From NCBI RefSeq assembly GCF_026571515.1, contig NW_026855294.1, forward strand, positions 186,001-250,000: 64,000 nt of DNA, written 5' to 3'. The notes under the pieces are model-generated. The model was not told the DNA's origin. It saw only the letters and a program-made list of their open reading frames with translations, and searched no databases. Of this stretch, positions 59,735-64,000 are shown piece by piece (position 1 is the first letter of the stretch; each line of letters starts with the position of its first letter). The position numbers were made by a program, and so were the translations under genes. This DNA comes from Ruditapes philippinarum. Lineage: Eukaryota.

Positions 59735-60762
59735 CAACGGCAGTGATAAAACCTGCCACAGTAGAAGTAGTACCAGCAAAGGCAGTGATAAAACCTGCCA
59801 CACGTAGAAATTAGTACAGCAAAGGCAGTGATAAAACCTGCCACAGTAGAAATAGTACCAGCAAAGGCAGTGATAAAACCTGCCACAGTAGAAGTAGCAG
59901 TACAAAGCAACGGCAAGTGATAAAACCTGCCCACAGTAGAAGTAGCAGTACAGCAACAGCAGTGATAAAACCAGCAATAGAAGTAGCAGTACAGCAACGG
60001 CAGTGATAAAACCTGCCACAGTAGAAGTAGCAGTACCAGCAACGGCAGTGATAAAACCAGCAATAGAAGTAGCAGTACCAGCAACGGCAGTGATAAAAAC
60101 CTGCCACATTAGGAAGTAGCAGTACCAGCAACGGCAGTGATAAAACCTGCCACAGTAGAAGTAGCAGTACCAGCAACGGCAGTGGTAAAATCAGCAGCCA
60201 CAGAAAGTAGTATCAGCAAAAGCAGTGATTAAAAACCTGCCACAGAAGAAGTAGCAGTACCAGCATCGACAATAGTAAAACCAGCAGCCACAGTAGAAGT
60301 AGTACCAGCAAAGGCAGTGATAAAACCTGTCACAGTAAAAGTAGCAGTACCAGCAACGGCAGTGATAAAACCTGCCACAGTAGAAGTAGCAGTACCAGCA
60401 ACAGCAGTGATAAAACCAGCAATAGAAGTAGCAGTACCAGCAACGGCAGTGATAAAATCAGCAGCCACAGAAGAAGTATCAGCAAAGGCAGTGATAAAAC
60501 CTGCCACAGAAGAAGTAGCAGTACCAGCATCGACAATAGTAAAACCAGCAGCAACAGAAGTAGTATCAGCAAAGGCAGTGATAAAACCTGCCACAGAAGA
60601 AGTAGCAGTACCAGCATCGGCAATAGTATAACCAGCAGCAACTGAAGTAGTATCAGCAAAGGCAGTGGTAAAACAGCAGCAATAGAAATAGAGACATGAC
60701 CAACAATGGCAATAGTAAAACCAGGAGAAGCAGAAGTAGTAGCAGTACCAGCAACGGCAGTA
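59735..60762. repeat. 42/45-bp triplet-periodic minisatellite
   Basis: Unit CAGTGATAAAACCTGCCACAGTAGAAGTAGCAGTACCAGCAACGG and 42-bp variants, grading into (AGC/AGT)n at the left. Confidence 0.9.
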
Positions 60763-62021
60763 AGCTAGCTGAATAGTTTCCTCAGATAAAAGAAACCAAA
60801 GTCCCTAATGGGATTCAAAACACACAACGGTGAGGGGCAAGTGGTTTGAAGAAAAATGACCTTAACCACTCGACCACGGATGCCCATTTTTTTATCAATA
60901 TTAGAAATAAGTTCTTTTAGAAAATGTACTAAATTATAAACAAATCCACTTTAATAGTAACGCCATATTTTGTTACAGTCATATAGATATATCCTAAAAA
61001 TAACATAATCAAGAATACGAGAACAGTAAAATGTCTCAATATGGAACAAAAACTTATGAGTTTATTATCATTAGACATTGGATAGGATGGGAAGGTTTCA
61101 GCCTTCAAAATACTGTTGATTGTTTAACAAGTAATACCCTGGTAAGTCATACTCTTGTTTGTCTAATTCTGGTGGAAGTACAAGAACTCTGATCATAAAA
61201 TTATAATTTGTTAGAGTCATAATTTTTTTTAATAAAATTTATTTTTGTCAATACTTATGATGTTTGGATGATGTTTAAGGGTTTTTGGTTGTAGAGGGGG
61301 AACGGGGATATAGTGTATGTAATGGCCATGCGACGTTCACCTGTGATTTGACATACAAGACCCATTAAACAAAATATCTAAATGTATATATGTATGTAGT
61401 GACTGTATGTGAGGGTCCATCAGAATCTATTTTTGGAAAACATACAACTTCCATATGAATTTTACTTCTTTATTGCACATATTTTTTTGAAGTTATATAA
61501 CAATAATAAGATAAACATTTGAACCAGTTTTATGGTATACTTCAAGAAGTTTCACTCTGAAAATTTGGTAACATACTTATTTTTTTCATAAAGCATTCAC
61601 TTCTAGGAGTTGGTCTACACATAATGTTGTGTAAACACACACCAGTATGCCAACATATTGTAAATTCATATCAACATTTCTAATGCTATTGGCATCGGTC
61701 AAAAGGAGAGTTACAAATTTAGCATAAACAGGATTAAGATGACACTTGGCTAAAACTAAAGTTTCCAAAACAATTTTCTTCATACTAGGTGAACTCTCAC
61801 CACCAATCATTCTATTAATATGTTTATTAACCAGCATAATTTACAAGCTTGGTGCAAAATAATCATAATTCATCATCCTTTTAGTGCAGTAAATAGTTAT
61901 CTCCTATTAAATTCCAATAGGATTTAACTTGTTTCTGCACTAAGGTGTGATATGTTATAACTCCTATTATATAAGTAAGGAGATACCATCATATTGCTCC
62001 AAACTTTAAGTTTACATAATT

Positions 62022-63628
62022 ACACAAGAGCGATCAGTGATCACATGTGTCGCCTCATGATGGCCAATTTCATGTAAGGACAAGTTTTGTGACAGACAGA
62101 CAGACATACAGTGCACAACTAGACTTGGTACTGATCATTCCTGTAAAGTTTGATAAAATTGCACCAGTAGTTTATGATGAGTAGTCCGGACAAGCTTTTG
62201 TGTATCTGGCAACACACAGAAAAAACACCTTTTTATTAAAGGGCCATAACTTGGCCAAAAATAATTAAAATTGGTGCTATAGGCGCAAGGACTTGAGCTA
62301 CAGATCAATCCTGTAAAGTTTCATTGAAATTGCATTAGTGGTATAAGAGAAGTAGTCCGGACAAACTTTAAAAATAAGAATTATTAAAGGGCCATGACTC
62401 TGACAAAAATCATTGAACCGGAAAATACTGACAATATGCACAACTAGACTTGGTACTGATCATTCCTGTAAAGTTTTGATGAAATTGAACCAGTAGTTTA
62501 TGAGGAGTAGTCCGGACAAGCTTTTGTGTATATGGCAACACACAGAAAAAAACACCATTTTATCAAAGGACCATAACTCGGCCAAAAATCATCCAACCGG
62601 AAAACCCGTACAATATGCGCAAGGACTTGAGCTACAGATCAATCCTGTAAAGTTTCATTGAAATTGGATAAGTGGTATAAGAAAAGTAGTCCGGACAAAC
62701 TTTAAAAATAAAAATTATTAAAGGGCCATGACTCTGACAAAAATCATTGAACCGGAAAATGCTGACAATATGCACAACTAGACTTGGTACTCATCATTCC
62801 TGTAAAGTTTGGATGAAATTGCACCAGTAGTTTATGAGGAGTAGTCTGGACAAGCTTTTGTGTATCTGGCAACACACAGGAAAAAAACACCTTTTATCAA
62901 AGGGCCAAAACTCGGTCAAAAATCATTCAACCGGAAAACCCGTGCAATATGCACAAGGACTTGAGCTACAGATCAATTCTGTAAAGTTTCATTGAAATTG
63001 GATTAGTGGTATAAGAGAAGTAGTCCGGACAAACTTTAAAAATAAAAATTATTAAAGGGCCATAACTCTGACAAAAATCATTGAACCGGAAAATGCTGAT
63101 AATATGCACAACTAGACTTGGTACTGATCATTCCTGTAAAGTTTGGATGAAATTGCACCAGTAGTTTATGAGTCGTCTGGACAAGTTTTGTGCCGGACGG
63201 ACAGACGGACAGACAGACGACTGAGAATTGATCCCTATAATTATGTCGCCACTACTCCGTAGAGGCGACACAAAAATTGGTTAAATTGCATTAGTGGTAT
63301 TAGAGAAGTAGTCCGGACAAACTTTAAAAATAAAAATTATTAAAGGGCCATATCTCTGCAAAAAATCATTCAACCGGAAAACCCGTGCAATATGCGCATT
63401 AGGACTTGAGCTGCAGATCAATCCTGTAAAGTTTCATTGAAATTGCATTAGTGGTATAAGAGAAGTAGTCCGGACAAACTTTAAAAATAAAAATTATTAA
63501 AGGGCCATTAATAACTCTGACAAAAATCATTGAACCGGAAAATGCTGACAATATGCACAACTAGACTTGGTACTGATCATTCCTGTAAAGTTTGGATGAA
63601 ATTGCACTCCGTAGAGGCGACACAAAAA
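62022..63628 (+). mobile_element. HINE/Helentron-like element with an internal satellite array
   Basis: 5' ACAAGAG..TGTGTCGCC, about 334-bp dimeric tandem cores, (GACG/GACA)n at about 63195-63220, 3' hairpin TGTCGCC..GGCGACA followed by AAAA at about 63244-63275 and repeated at about 63606-63628. Confidence 0.8.
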
Positions 63629-64000
63629 TGTTAACAGCAACAACATATCATGGATCCTCCATACAGCAAATTTATGTAAAAGACAAAATAATAGGGTTTA
63701 CTGTAAGCAGGGTCCTTCAAATAGAATGTAACAATTCCATATTAATATAATGCTTATAGAACAATTGATGGTAAAATGTTTATATTTGACTAAGCTGACT
63801 GTTTCAAGCTTTCCTAAATTCAACACAATGTTGTTTAATATTATTTGTTTCCAATCAACAATTCTGTTGTGGCAAAAATTCTGAGGTGGCAAACTATAAT
63901 CTCCACAATTTCATCATTCTTGCATCATGGATATCACAGTATTATTAAATGACCTGAAAAAGTATAATATCAAACATGTATTTATGATTCAGAGATTGAT

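Noticed and set aside
59552-60659. Leu-rich and Cys/Tyr-rich ORFs on the minus strand
   Set aside because: These are alternative frames of a triplet-periodic tandem repeat with no independent coding evidence.

Overview
AT-rich, repeat-dense animal genomic DNA with spliceosomal introns. The repeat types (tRNA-derived SINEs, Helentron/HINE-like elements with internal satellite cores) suggest a bivalve mollusc; this is an inference. I assembled five gene models by hand from splice sites and phases. (1-2) A tandem pair of five-exon, minus-strand genes (5406-14109, 16980-23229) encodes bacterial-type CPBP (Abi/type II CAAX) intramembrane glutamic proteases; the ORF track only shows fragments of them. 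(3) A two-exon orphan gene of about 565 aa (26741-28806, -) may contain repeated winged-helix-like modules. (4) A short, divergent Iroquois-type TALE homeobox gene (30670-34119, +) lies head-to-head with the orphan. (5) An Aurora A-like kinase lies at 42625-49107 (+). Mobile DNA includes two 1.17-kb foldback elements with CAC..GTG (RSS-heptamer-like) ends and 5-bp target duplications (Transib/RAG-like signature), hAT and Kolobok-type MITEs, a LINE RT relic, SINEs and HINEs. About 52.5-59.5 kb looks like low-accuracy consensus sequence and holds a frameshifted TRIM-like ORF.
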